Assembly (NCBI GenBank): GCA_965262915.1
Contig: OZ253564.1
Span: forward strand, 2,176,001-2,240,000
Origin: Candidatus Spongiisociaceae bacterium
GTDB taxonomy: Bacteria > Actinomycetota > Acidimicrobiia > Spongiisociales > Spongiisociaceae
Direction of reading: 5' to 3'
Length of the DNA: 64,000 nucleotides
The translations under genes were made by a program, and so were the position numbers. Of the stretch, positions 54,132 to 62,219 are shown piece after piece (position 1 is the stretch's first letter; the number at the start of each line of letters is the position of its first letter). Below the pieces are notes generated by a model. That model made no database searches. It was not told where the DNA came from and was given only the letters and a program-made list of their open reading frames with translations.

Positions 54132-55319
54132 ATGGCTTACGTTTTCGAACTTCCAGACATAGGCGAGGGTCTCACCGAGGCGGACATCGTTCGCTGGCAC
54201 GTACCCGTGGGTAGCTCCGTGGAGTTGGACCAGGTTCTGGTCGAGGTCGAGACCGCCAAGGCCGTGGTCGAGATTCCCTCGCCGGCCGCGGGGACCGTCC
54301 TGCACCACGGGGCTACCGAGGGCGTCACGCTGACGGTCGGTTCCGTCCTGGCCGTGATCGGCGAAGCCGGGGAGTCGTGGCGAGGTCGCGATGGGGCGCC
54401 CGGCGCTATCGCGGCCGGTCCGGTTCCGGCGGCGGCCGGTGTCGCATCTCCCTCGCAGGATCGGAGGACCCGGGCCGGCGGAGGCCGGGTGCAGGCGTTG
54501 CCCGTGGTGCGGAAGCTGGCCCGGGAACACGGCATCGAACTGTCCGGGATGGCGGGGACGGGTCCCGGGGGGCGTATAACCAGGGACGATATGATGGCGG
54601 CGGTGGCCGGTCGTCCGAAGGCGCCACCGGCGGCCCGGCCCGAGCAACGGGTGCGCCTCTCCATGCTGCGTCGCACGATCTCCGAACACATGAGTGCCTC
54701 TTGGCGGGAGATCCCCCACGTGACCATCTTCCACGATGCCGACGCCTCCCGGTTGCTGGCGGTCCGGCGAGCCCTGGCCAAGCGGCACCAAGCGGACATC
54801 CCCGTCGAGGCCCTGATCGTCAAGGCGCTGGTGCCCGTGATACAGCATTTCCGCGAGTTCAACGCCACTCTCGACGGTGAGGAACTGGTACTCCACCCAT
54901 CCTTCGATGCCGGCATCGCAGTCGACACCGACGACGGGTTGCTGGTCCCGGTGATCCGGGAGGCGGAGAAGTCGGGTCTGCTCGGGTTGGCCCAGGCGGT
55001 CAGGGACCTCGGTACCAGGGGCAAGGCCCGCACCCTGGCGGCCCATGAACTGACCGGGGCCACCTTCACGATCTCCAACTTCGGGGCCCTGGGCGGGGGC
55101 CGCGGAACTCCGATCATCCCGACCGGCACGACCGCCATCCTGGCAATCGGGCGAGCGTCCGATACGCCCGTGGCGAGAGACGGGGTGGTTGCCATAGCGC
55201 CGATGATGCCGCTCTCGCTGGCGTTCGACCACCGGGTGATCGACGGAGGCTCGGGCCAGCGGTTCATCTCGATGCTGGTCGAGAATCTTGAGGAGCCTGC
55301 CCTGTTCCTGGCCGACTGA
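54132..55319 (+). CDS. Dihydrolipoamide acyltransferase (E2) of a 2-oxo-acid dehydrogenase complex
   Basis: LPDIGEGLTEA, ETAKA lipoyl site, GTGPGGRIT, TFTISNFG, FDHRVIDG. Confidence 0.93.
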   Translation: MAYVFELPDIGEGLTEADIVRWHVPVGSSVELDQVLVEVETAKAVVEIPSPAAGTVLHHGATEGVTLTVGSVLAVIGEAGESWRGRDGAPGAIAAGPVPAAAGVASPSQDRRTRAGGGRVQALPVVRKLAREHGIELSGMAGTGPGGRITRDDMMAAVAGRPKAPPAARPEQRVRLSMLRRTISEHMSASWREIPHVTIFHDADASRLLAVRRALAKRHQADIPVEALIVKALVPVIQHFREFNATLDGEELVLHPSFDAGIAVDTDDGLLVPVIREAEKSGLLGLAQAVRDLGTRGKARTLAAHELTGATFTISNFGALGGGRGTPIIPTGTTAILAIGRASDTPVARDGVVAIAPMMPLSLAFDHRVIDGGSGQRFISMLVENLEEPALFLAD

Positions 55320-55383
55320 CCTGCCGCCGGGGAGGATGGACATCGGGTGTCGGGGAGCCGATGCCGGTCCGGGATCGGCCGTC

Positions 55384-55914
55384 TCAGCCGGTTGCATCCT
55401 TCTCGTAGGTGACCGAGGTGACCAGCCGGTCCTCCGGGATCCGGTAATAGGCGCGCAGGACGGCTTCGGAGTCCTCCGAAAGGTGGTACCCCGCCTTCTC
55501 CAGAATTCCGCGGGCCTTGTAGTTGGCGGCGTAGGTACCGATGACTATGCGTGCGGTTGGCGGTAGACGTTCCTCCACGTGGCGGAGCAGGGCCGAGGCG
55601 ATGCCCTGACGCTGGTATCGGGGCAGCACGTACGCGTGTCGCATCAGCACGACCCCCCTGATCGGCTCGCTGCCCATCACCCCCACCAGTTCCCCGGCCA
55701 CGAATGCTCCCCACCAGGTCATGCGTTCGGCTTCGGCTTCCCAGGCCGTCTCGTCCATCTCGGGGTCGTGGAGGTCCTCGGGCGGGAGGAACTCCCGGTA
55801 CCACGCGGCGGCTGCGTTGATCACCTCCACCGCCTGTCGGCGGTCACCGGATGTGAGCCGGCGGATGGTGAGCCGGTCGCTGGTGCATGGTGATGGTGGG
55901 GAGGTGATGGACAG
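55384..55914 (-). CDS. GNAT family N-acetyltransferase
   Basis: RHAYVLPRYQRQGIASALL, GTYAANY.A...LEK.GY; start uncertain (CTG 55914 or ATG 56025). Confidence 0.8.
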   Translation of the reverse strand: MSITSPPSPCTSDRLTIRRLTSGDRRQAVEVINAAAAWYREFLPPEDLHDPEMDETAWEAEAERMTWWGAFVAGELVGVMGSEPIRGVVLMRHAYVLPRYQRQGIASALLRHVEERLPPTARIVIGTYAANYKARGILEKAGYHLSEDSEAVLRAYYRIPEDRLVTSVTYEKDATG

Positions 55915-56113
55915 TTTCCTTGTCAGGGCGGACGGTATCGACAGGTGTACCTGGTTGGTCTCGCTCCCGAGCCTAATGCCGGCGCCGGTAGCCGAGTGGA
56001 TGGAAGTCGGCTGTGTACGGTCCATCAGCCGGGATTCCGTGCCGAGCCTATTCAGCCGCCTAAACTCAGGTCGGTTGGGAGTACCGGACGCTGCTGGGAA
56101 GGCGGAACTCAGA

Positions 56114-57172
56114 ATGGCCGGAATCGTACATATCGTAGGAACAGGGACCATCGGCGAGCCCTTGATCGGGCTCATGGCCGACAACCAGGCCGCTTTCGGG
56201 ATCGACGAGGTCACGTTCCACAAACGGACCCCGCTGCTGGCAGAGCGGGGCAAGGTGAACGACCTGGTCCGGCGCGGAGCCCGCCTCTCGGTCGACGCCG
56301 ATCGCTGGAGCGATTTCGAGGAGTTGGGTCATGCGCCCAAACTAGAGGCGTGGGAAGCCATCGAGCGGGCAACGGTGGTGATCGACTGCACACCCGCGGG
56401 CAACGAGAACAAGGAGAAGTACTACCGTCACGCCTCCGATGTCACCGGGTTTCTCGCCCAGGGTTCGGAGTTCGGCTTCGGGAAGATGTACGCCCGGGGA
56501 ATAAACGACGAGGCGCTGGATCGCGACGAGGACCGCTTCCTTCACATCGTCTCGTGCAACACGCACAACATCGCGGTGCTGCTCAAGACCCTAGGATTCG
56601 ATGCGGACGGGACCAACCACGTGGCCGAGGGGAAGTTCCTCTGCATCCGCCGGGCCAACGACATCAGCCAGGAGGGCGGTTTCATCCCCGCTCCCCAGGT
56701 GGGGACCCATCCCAAGGGCCGTTTCGGCACCCACCATGCGAAAGACGCCCATCATCTGTTCCAGACCCTGGGCCAGGAGCTGGACCTGTTCTCCTCGGCC
56801 CTCAAGGTGAACAGCCAGTACATGCACGCCCTGCACTTCGAGATCGCCCTCGACCGCGACATAACCGTCGAGGAGGCCCAAGACCGGCTCGAGGCCAACC
56901 CGCGCGTGGCGATCACCTACAAGCGGTCTGCTGGCCAGATCTTCTCGTTCGGCCGCGACCACGGTTACTTCGGGCGGATACTCAGCCAGACGGTCGTGCC
57001 GGTCGAGACCATGGTGGTTCGGGGCGGTAACCGGATCGTGGGTTTCTGCTTCACCCCCCAGGACGGCAACCCGATGCTCTCCACGGTTGCCGCCACCCTC
57101 TGGTACCTGCACCCCGGCGGGTTCGATCACCGGCTCGCCGTGCTACGGCGTTACTTCTTCCCTGAGATCTGA
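56114..57172 (+). CDS. Archaeal-type (class II) GAPDH-like dehydrogenase
   Basis: VGTGTIG, VVIDCTP, AQGSE, IVSCNTH (catalytic Cys), IRRAND, GTHH..D, YMH. Confidence 0.75.
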   Translation: MAGIVHIVGTGTIGEPLIGLMADNQAAFGIDEVTFHKRTPLLAERGKVNDLVRRGARLSVDADRWSDFEELGHAPKLEAWEAIERATVVIDCTPAGNENKEKYYRHASDVTGFLAQGSEFGFGKMYARGINDEALDRDEDRFLHIVSCNTHNIAVLLKTLGFDADGTNHVAEGKFLCIRRANDISQEGGFIPAPQVGTHPKGRFGTHHAKDAHHLFQTLGQELDLFSSALKVNSQYMHALHFEIALDRDITVEEAQDRLEANPRVAITYKRSAGQIFSFGRDHGYFGRILSQTVVPVETMVVRGGNRIVGFCFTPQDGNPMLSTVAATLWYLHPGGFDHRLAVLRRYFFPEI

Positions 57173-57290
57173 ACCGCCAGGGAACCTTCGGAGAATCATC
57201 GGATCGGATGCCCACCTGCCGACCTGCGTCGCCGACCATCCGGTATCGGACGGTGCCCGGTTGCCTGCAGTAGATCCTGGCGGCCCGACC

Positions 57291-58943
57291 ATGGCGGTGC
57301 CGGGATCCCGACGTAGCGTCGCCGGAGGATTGGCGCGGCGCCGTCCGGCTGCCCGAGGAGAGTGCTCGAAAACGGGCAGATGGTCGGCCCGTCGTCCGCT
57401 GACGTGGCATCTCGTCATCGACCGTCGGGCCAACCGGGGGTTTTCGACCACCCTCCTCGTGGCGATGCTGGCTGCCGTGATGTTGGCGGCTGCCGTGGCC
57501 GCTGGCGCCCGGGCGGATGACGAGGACGGTTTCGCCGACATCACCGGAGCCGGTGTTCATGCCCCCGCCATAGAGATCCTCGATGCTCTGGGTAGTCTCG
57601 ACGGCACCGAGTGCGCCTCCGGGCGGTTCTGTCCTTCCGAACCTCTGCGGCGTTGGGTGATGGCGGTATGGCTGGTGCGGGCACTCGACGGTACGGACCC
57701 TGAACCGGGCGACTCCGGTGACTTCGTGGACATCCCTGCCGGGGCGTGGTGGGCGGGCCACGTGGACCGGCTGGCCGAGTTGGGGATAACCAAAGGATGC
57801 GCCACCGGTCCCACCAGGTATTGCCCGTCCGAGACCGTGACCCGCGGGCAGATGGCGACCTTCCTCAAGAGGGCCTTCAGCATCGAAGCTACCCGACCCG
57901 GCGGATTCACCGACATCGCCGGCAACGTCCATGCCGGCAGCATCGATGCGCTGGTGGCTGCCGACATCACCGCCGGATGCGCCACCGATCCGGCCCGTTA
58001 CTGCCCGGCGGCGCCTGTCGATCGGGGGCAGATGGCGACCTTCCTGGCGCGGGCTCTGGGTCTCGTGCCCTCTGCCGCATTCGCCGATGACGTGGAGAGA
58101 CACGGAATCGGTCACCTGGTGTCCAGCTATACGACCTACCACAAGTGCTGCGCCTCCCGGGTGACCAATATCCAGTTGTTCGCCGACAAGGTCGATGGCG
58201 CGATAGTGCCGCCCGGTGGACGGTTCAGCCTCAACCGGCACGTCGGGAAGCGAACCTCCGCCGAGGGGTTCCTTCCCGCCGGTACTCTCGTGAAGGGAGA
58301 GTTGGTGAACACCGTGGGAGGTGGGGTGAGCCAGTTCGCCACCACCTTCTACAACGCCATGTTCTGGGGCGGCTACCGAGACGTGGCCCACAAGGCTCAC
58401 AGCTTCTACTTCTCCCGCTATCCCGAAGGCATAGAGGCCACCATCAACTGGCCCGACGTGGACCTGGTCTTCAGCAACGACACGTCCGGATACGTGCTGA
58501 TCGGTACCGAGTACACCGACACGTCCATCACTGTGAAGTTCTACGGCGATAACGACGGCCGGATCGTGGTCGGGGACTGGAAAGCCGGGAAGGGCAGCAT
58601 GGAGGTGATCTCCGAGGGAGGATCGGAGGCTCGGGTGGTGACCGCCGAGGTCTCGGACCGTTTCAACTGGGTGGGTGCGCCCAGATCCCTGACTCGAGGG
58701 AATCCGGATCTGGCCTACGGCGAGGAGAAGCGGGTCCAGTCGGCCCTGGCGGGCTGGACGGTCCGGGTGACGCGCACCATCGACCGCGGAGGACGGAAGA
58801 CCATCCAGCGCTGGACCGTCCGGTACGTACCGCGACGGGAGATCAACGAGGTCCACCCTTGCGTGCTGTCCGGCACCTGTCCGGAGGAGGAGCCGCCCGG
58901 GACGGACGATCCTCCCCCCGGCGGGTCCGACGGTCATCTCTGA
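57291..58943 (+). CDS. Secreted SLH-like plus VanW domain protein
   Basis: Signal h-region, three Cys-paired SLH-like modules, R..NI, FS.N..VG.R, GGGVSQFATT.YNA, HS.Y.SRYP.G.EATI, D..F.NDT; start uncertain. Confidence 0.85.
   Translation: MAVPGSRRSVAGGLARRRPAARGECSKTGRWSARRPLTWHLVIDRRANRGFSTTLLVAMLAAVMLAAAVAAGARADDEDGFADITGAGVHAPAIEILDALGSLDGTECASGRFCPSEPLRRWVMAVWLVRALDGTDPEPGDSGDFVDIPAGAWWAGHVDRLAELGITKGCATGPTRYCPSETVTRGQMATFLKRAFSIEATRPGGFTDIAGNVHAGSIDALVAADITAGCATDPARYCPAAPVDRGQMATFLARALGLVPSAAFADDVERHGIGHLVSSYTTYHKCCASRVTNIQLFADKVDGAIVPPGGRFSLNRHVGKRTSAEGFLPAGTLVKGELVNTVGGGVSQFATTFYNAMFWGGYRDVAHKAHSFYFSRYPEGIEATINWPDVDLVFSNDTSGYVLIGTEYTDTSITVKFYGDNDGRIVVGDWKAGKGSMEVISEGGSEARVVTAEVSDRFNWVGAPRSLTRGNPDLAYGEEKRVQSALAGWTVRVTRTIDRGGRKTIQRWTVRYVPRREINEVHPCVLSGTCPEEEPPGTDDPPPGGSDGHL
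57358..57455. mobile_element. Palindromic MITE, copy 4 (within the 5' frame of the SLH-VanW gene)
   Basis: GAGAGTGCTCGAAAAC ... GTTTTCGACCACCCTC; collinear with copy 3. Confidence 0.8.
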
Positions 58944-59016
58944 ACCGGTGGGGCGGCGAGGTCCGTACGGATTCACCGGTCCCGGCTGCCGGTTACCGAA
59001 CGCATCCCGAACAGGT

Positions 59017-60839
59017 TAAGCCTGAATCCACCGGTAGATATCCTGTGGTTGGGGGTGGATAGACGCGGAAAGTGCCTCTGATCTGGGACAATAGCCATAC
59101 GAAACATGTGTATTGGCCCGGAGTCAGGAGGCACTTCCTGTGAGTGGAGTATTGCAGAATATCGACCGGTATGAGGTGGTTTTCGATGATGAGGGGCTGG
59201 TGGCCGACGCGGGGTTGTTGGCGGCCGGGACGTTGATGGACCGTTTGGGGTTGGAAGATGTGGTGGATGGGACGGTGCGGTTGGAGGGCCGGGTGGGTGG
59301 CGCGCATCCGGGTCGTAAGGTGTGTACGGTGGTAGCTGCGATGCTGGTGGGCGGCTCTCATATTGATCATGTGGGTCGGCTCCGGGCGGGTTCCACCGAT
59401 CGGGTGTTGCCCCATGCGGTGATGGCCCCGTCCACTGTGGGGACCTTTCTGCGTTCGTTCACCTGGGGTCATGTACGCCAGTCGGGGGAAGGTGTTGACC
59501 TTGGCGCTGGGTCGTGCGTGGCGGGCGGGCGCGGGTCCCGGTAAGGGACCTGTGACCGTTGATTTGGACTCGACGATCTGTGCGGTGTCGGGCAAGACCA
59601 AACAGGGGGCCGCTTTCGGTTACACCAAGGAGTTGGGTTATCACCCGCTGTTGGCGTTCCGAGCCGATACGGGGGAGGTGGTCGGTGCCCGTCTGCGTGC
59701 AGGAGGGTCGCAGCGGGGTGTGGTCCATTTCGTCGGGGAGACGATCCGGCGTGTGCGACGGGCCGGGGCCAGGGGCCCGGTGAGCGTGCGGGCCGATTCG
59801 GGGTTCTGGTCCTATGCCCTCTTGGCCGCCCTCGACCACCTCGGGGTGGGATGGTCGATCACCACCCAGGTGAATGCCAAGGTCAGGACACTGATCAGCA
59901 ATATCGACAAAGACGCCTGGGCTCCCATCGTCTATCCCCGGGGCGGCGAAGCACAAGTGGGGGAAACCGTCCTGGAGATGACCAACCCCAAGAAACGGTC
60001 GCAGCGGCGCCGGGTCCGTCTCGTGGTGCGCCGCACCCGCTTGGTCGGTTCCCAAGCCCAGCTGTTCCCCGACTGGCGGTACCACACCTTGGTCACCAAC
60101 CTGGACCTAGCCGCGGTCGAAGCCGACCGGCACCACCAACCCGGGGCCGGACAAGACGACACCGGTCACCAACCCCGCGGCGAACAAGACACCGAAGTGG
60201 CCGAACTGTCGGCGGTAGAGATCGGTGACAACCCTGGGGAGGCGCACAGCCCGCTGCCCGCGGTCGAAGCCGACCGGTACCACCGCCGCCACGCCACATG
60301 CGAACTCGCCATCCGCGACCTCAAAGACTCCGGGGGTCTCGCTCACCTACCTTCCGGCGTCTTCGCAGCTAACGCCGCCTGGCTGCTGTGCGCCGCCCTA
60401 GCGCATAACCTCTACCGCCAGATAGCCCTCCTCGGGGGTACGCATCGGGCTGGGCGGCTGGTCTGTGGACGTACTATCCGTACCCGACTGTTCGGGCTCC
60501 CTGGACGGGTCGTGAACCATGGCGGACGCCGCCTCGTGCGTCTACCCGCCCGATGGCCCTGGGCCGGCACCTACCTAACCACCCTCACTAACCTCCGGGC
60601 GCTGCCCCAACTCAGCTAACCCGGCCCGACGGACCCCTCACAACCATAGCCAACCACCCAAACCCCAGCCACACACGCCCGAAACAACACCAACCAGCCT
60701 CCAACACCACCTAACCCACCAAACCACACCCACCACAGCCCTAAAAAACCCCCAAAACCAACCAGCCCCAACCCCTCAACCTCCCACCAACCGCACCCCG
60801 GACCACCCCCCGGGGAGGCCGTCGGTGGATTCAGGCTTA
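59017..60839. mobile_element. IS1380-family insertion sequence
   Basis: Perfect 17-bp IR TAAGCCTGAATCCACCG (59017-59033) / CGGTGGATTCAGGCTTA (60823-60839) around a DDE transposase; outer bases may be target duplication. Confidence 0.9.
59140..60619 (+). pseudogene. IS1380-family transposase, +1 frameshift in a G5 run (59484-59488)
   Basis: LVADAGL, APST.GTFLRSFT.GHVRQ / VTVDLDST, GYHPL, VRADSGF, E.AIRDLK, HLPSG.F.AN.AWL; the two frames join if one G is removed. Confidence 0.85.
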
Positions 60840-60851
60840 GACTGACCATCC

Positions 60852-62219
60852 ATGACAGTGCGCCCGGCCCCGACAGTACACATCACGACGCTCGGATGCT
60901 CGAAGAACCAGGTCGACTCCGAGAAGGTGGAGGCGATGCTGTACGAGGCAGGTTACCGCCGGGCGGGTTCGGCCGAGGGGGCGGACGTGGTGATGGTCAA
61001 CACGTGTGCCTTCATCGAAGCGGCCCGCCGCGAGTCGGTGGAGACGATCCTCGACGTGGAACATGCCAAGGCCGACGATGCCCGTCTGGTGGTGATGGGT
61101 TGCATGGCGCAGCGTTTCGGCGCCGAGTTGGAGGAGGCTCTGGACGACGTGGACGCGGTGGTGGGTCTCGATCGCTACGGAGAGCTGGTGGGGATCCTCG
61201 ACTCCATGACCCCCTGGACGCCGGTGCGGCTGGGGCGCCCTCCGAGTATGGACATCCTCCATCTGGTCGACCGACCCGCGCCGACCCTCCCTTACGCGTA
61301 CGTGAAGGTGGCGGAGGGCTGCGACAAGACGTGTGCCTTCTGTGCCATCCCGCTGATCCGCGGCCCGCAGCGGTCACGTCGTCCCACCGAGATCCGCGAT
61401 GAGATCGCCGGCCTCTGCGAAGCGGGTGTTTCCGAGATCGTGCTGGTCGCCCAGGACCTGGCCGCCTACGGACGGGACATCGGGGTCCGGTCGCGAAACA
61501 CCATCGTCGATCTGCTGCGGTTCGTCTCGGACGCGGAGGGTCTGGCCAGGTTGAGGCTCCTCTACCTCTACCCGACCGAGATCCGTCCCCCGCTCATCGA
61601 GGAGATCGTCTCGAACCCCAAGTTGGCCCCATACTTCGATCTCAGCCTCCAGCACGCCTCCCGCCGGCTGCTCCGCTCCATGCGGCGGCCGGGTAGCACC
61701 ACCTCCCATCTGCGCCTGATCGAACGGATCCGCACCTCGGAGCGGGAGGCGGCTCTCCGGTCGTCGTTCATTGTCGGTTATCCGGGTGAGACCGAGGACG
61801 ATGTGGATGAACTGGTCGAGTTCCTCATCCAGGCGGATCTCGACTGGGCGGGATTCTTTCCCTACTCGCCGGAGGTGGGCACAGGCGCGGTCGACCTGCC
61901 GGGACGGATCGATCCTGCCGAGGTAGCGGTCCGGGTCCGGGAACTCACCAGCGTCCAGGATGCGATCACCTCCCGGCGCAACGCTGAGCAGGTCGGCCGG
62001 ACGCACACGGTTCTGGTGGACCAGGTGGAGGACGGCGTGCCGGTGGGAAGGTCCTACCGGGAGGCGCCCGACATCGATGGTCTGATCTGCCTGGATTCCG
62101 GCTCTCCCGGCGAGTGGGTGGATGCCGAGATCACGGGGAGCTACGAGACCGATCTGGTAGCGGAGGTACGGGGGCCTGCCTATGCGGGCGGTCCGGTGAG
62201 AGCGAGGAGGTCGGCGTGA
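60852..62219 (+). CDS. rimO: Ribosomal protein S12 methylthiotransferase
   Basis: LGCSKNQVDSE, NTCAFI, EGCDKTCAFCAIP radical-SAM motif, LYLYP, APDIDG TRAM region. Confidence 0.95.
   Translation: MTVRPAPTVHITTLGCSKNQVDSEKVEAMLYEAGYRRAGSAEGADVVMVNTCAFIEAARRESVETILDVEHAKADDARLVVMGCMAQRFGAELEEALDDVDAVVGLDRYGELVGILDSMTPWTPVRLGRPPSMDILHLVDRPAPTLPYAYVKVAEGCDKTCAFCAIPLIRGPQRSRRPTEIRDEIAGLCEAGVSEIVLVAQDLAAYGRDIGVRSRNTIVDLLRFVSDAEGLARLRLLYLYPTEIRPPLIEEIVSNPKLAPYFDLSLQHASRRLLRSMRRPGSTTSHLRLIERIRTSEREAALRSSFIVGYPGETEDDVDELVEFLIQADLDWAGFFPYSPEVGTGAVDLPGRIDPAEVAVRVRELTSVQDAITSRRNAEQVGRTHTVLVDQVEDGVPVGRSYREAPDIDGLICLDSGSPGEWVDAEITGSYETDLVAEVRGPAYAGGPVRARRSA

Noticed and set aside
59484-59488. Programmed frameshift in the IS1380 transposase
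   Set aside because: IS1380 transposases are normally single ORFs and there is no typical slippery A-run; more likely a mutation or homopolymer error.
60620-60810. C/A-rich low-complexity tract as a separate repeat or ORF
   Set aside because: It lies inside the IS inverted repeats and has no fixed period; treated as the IS 3' region.
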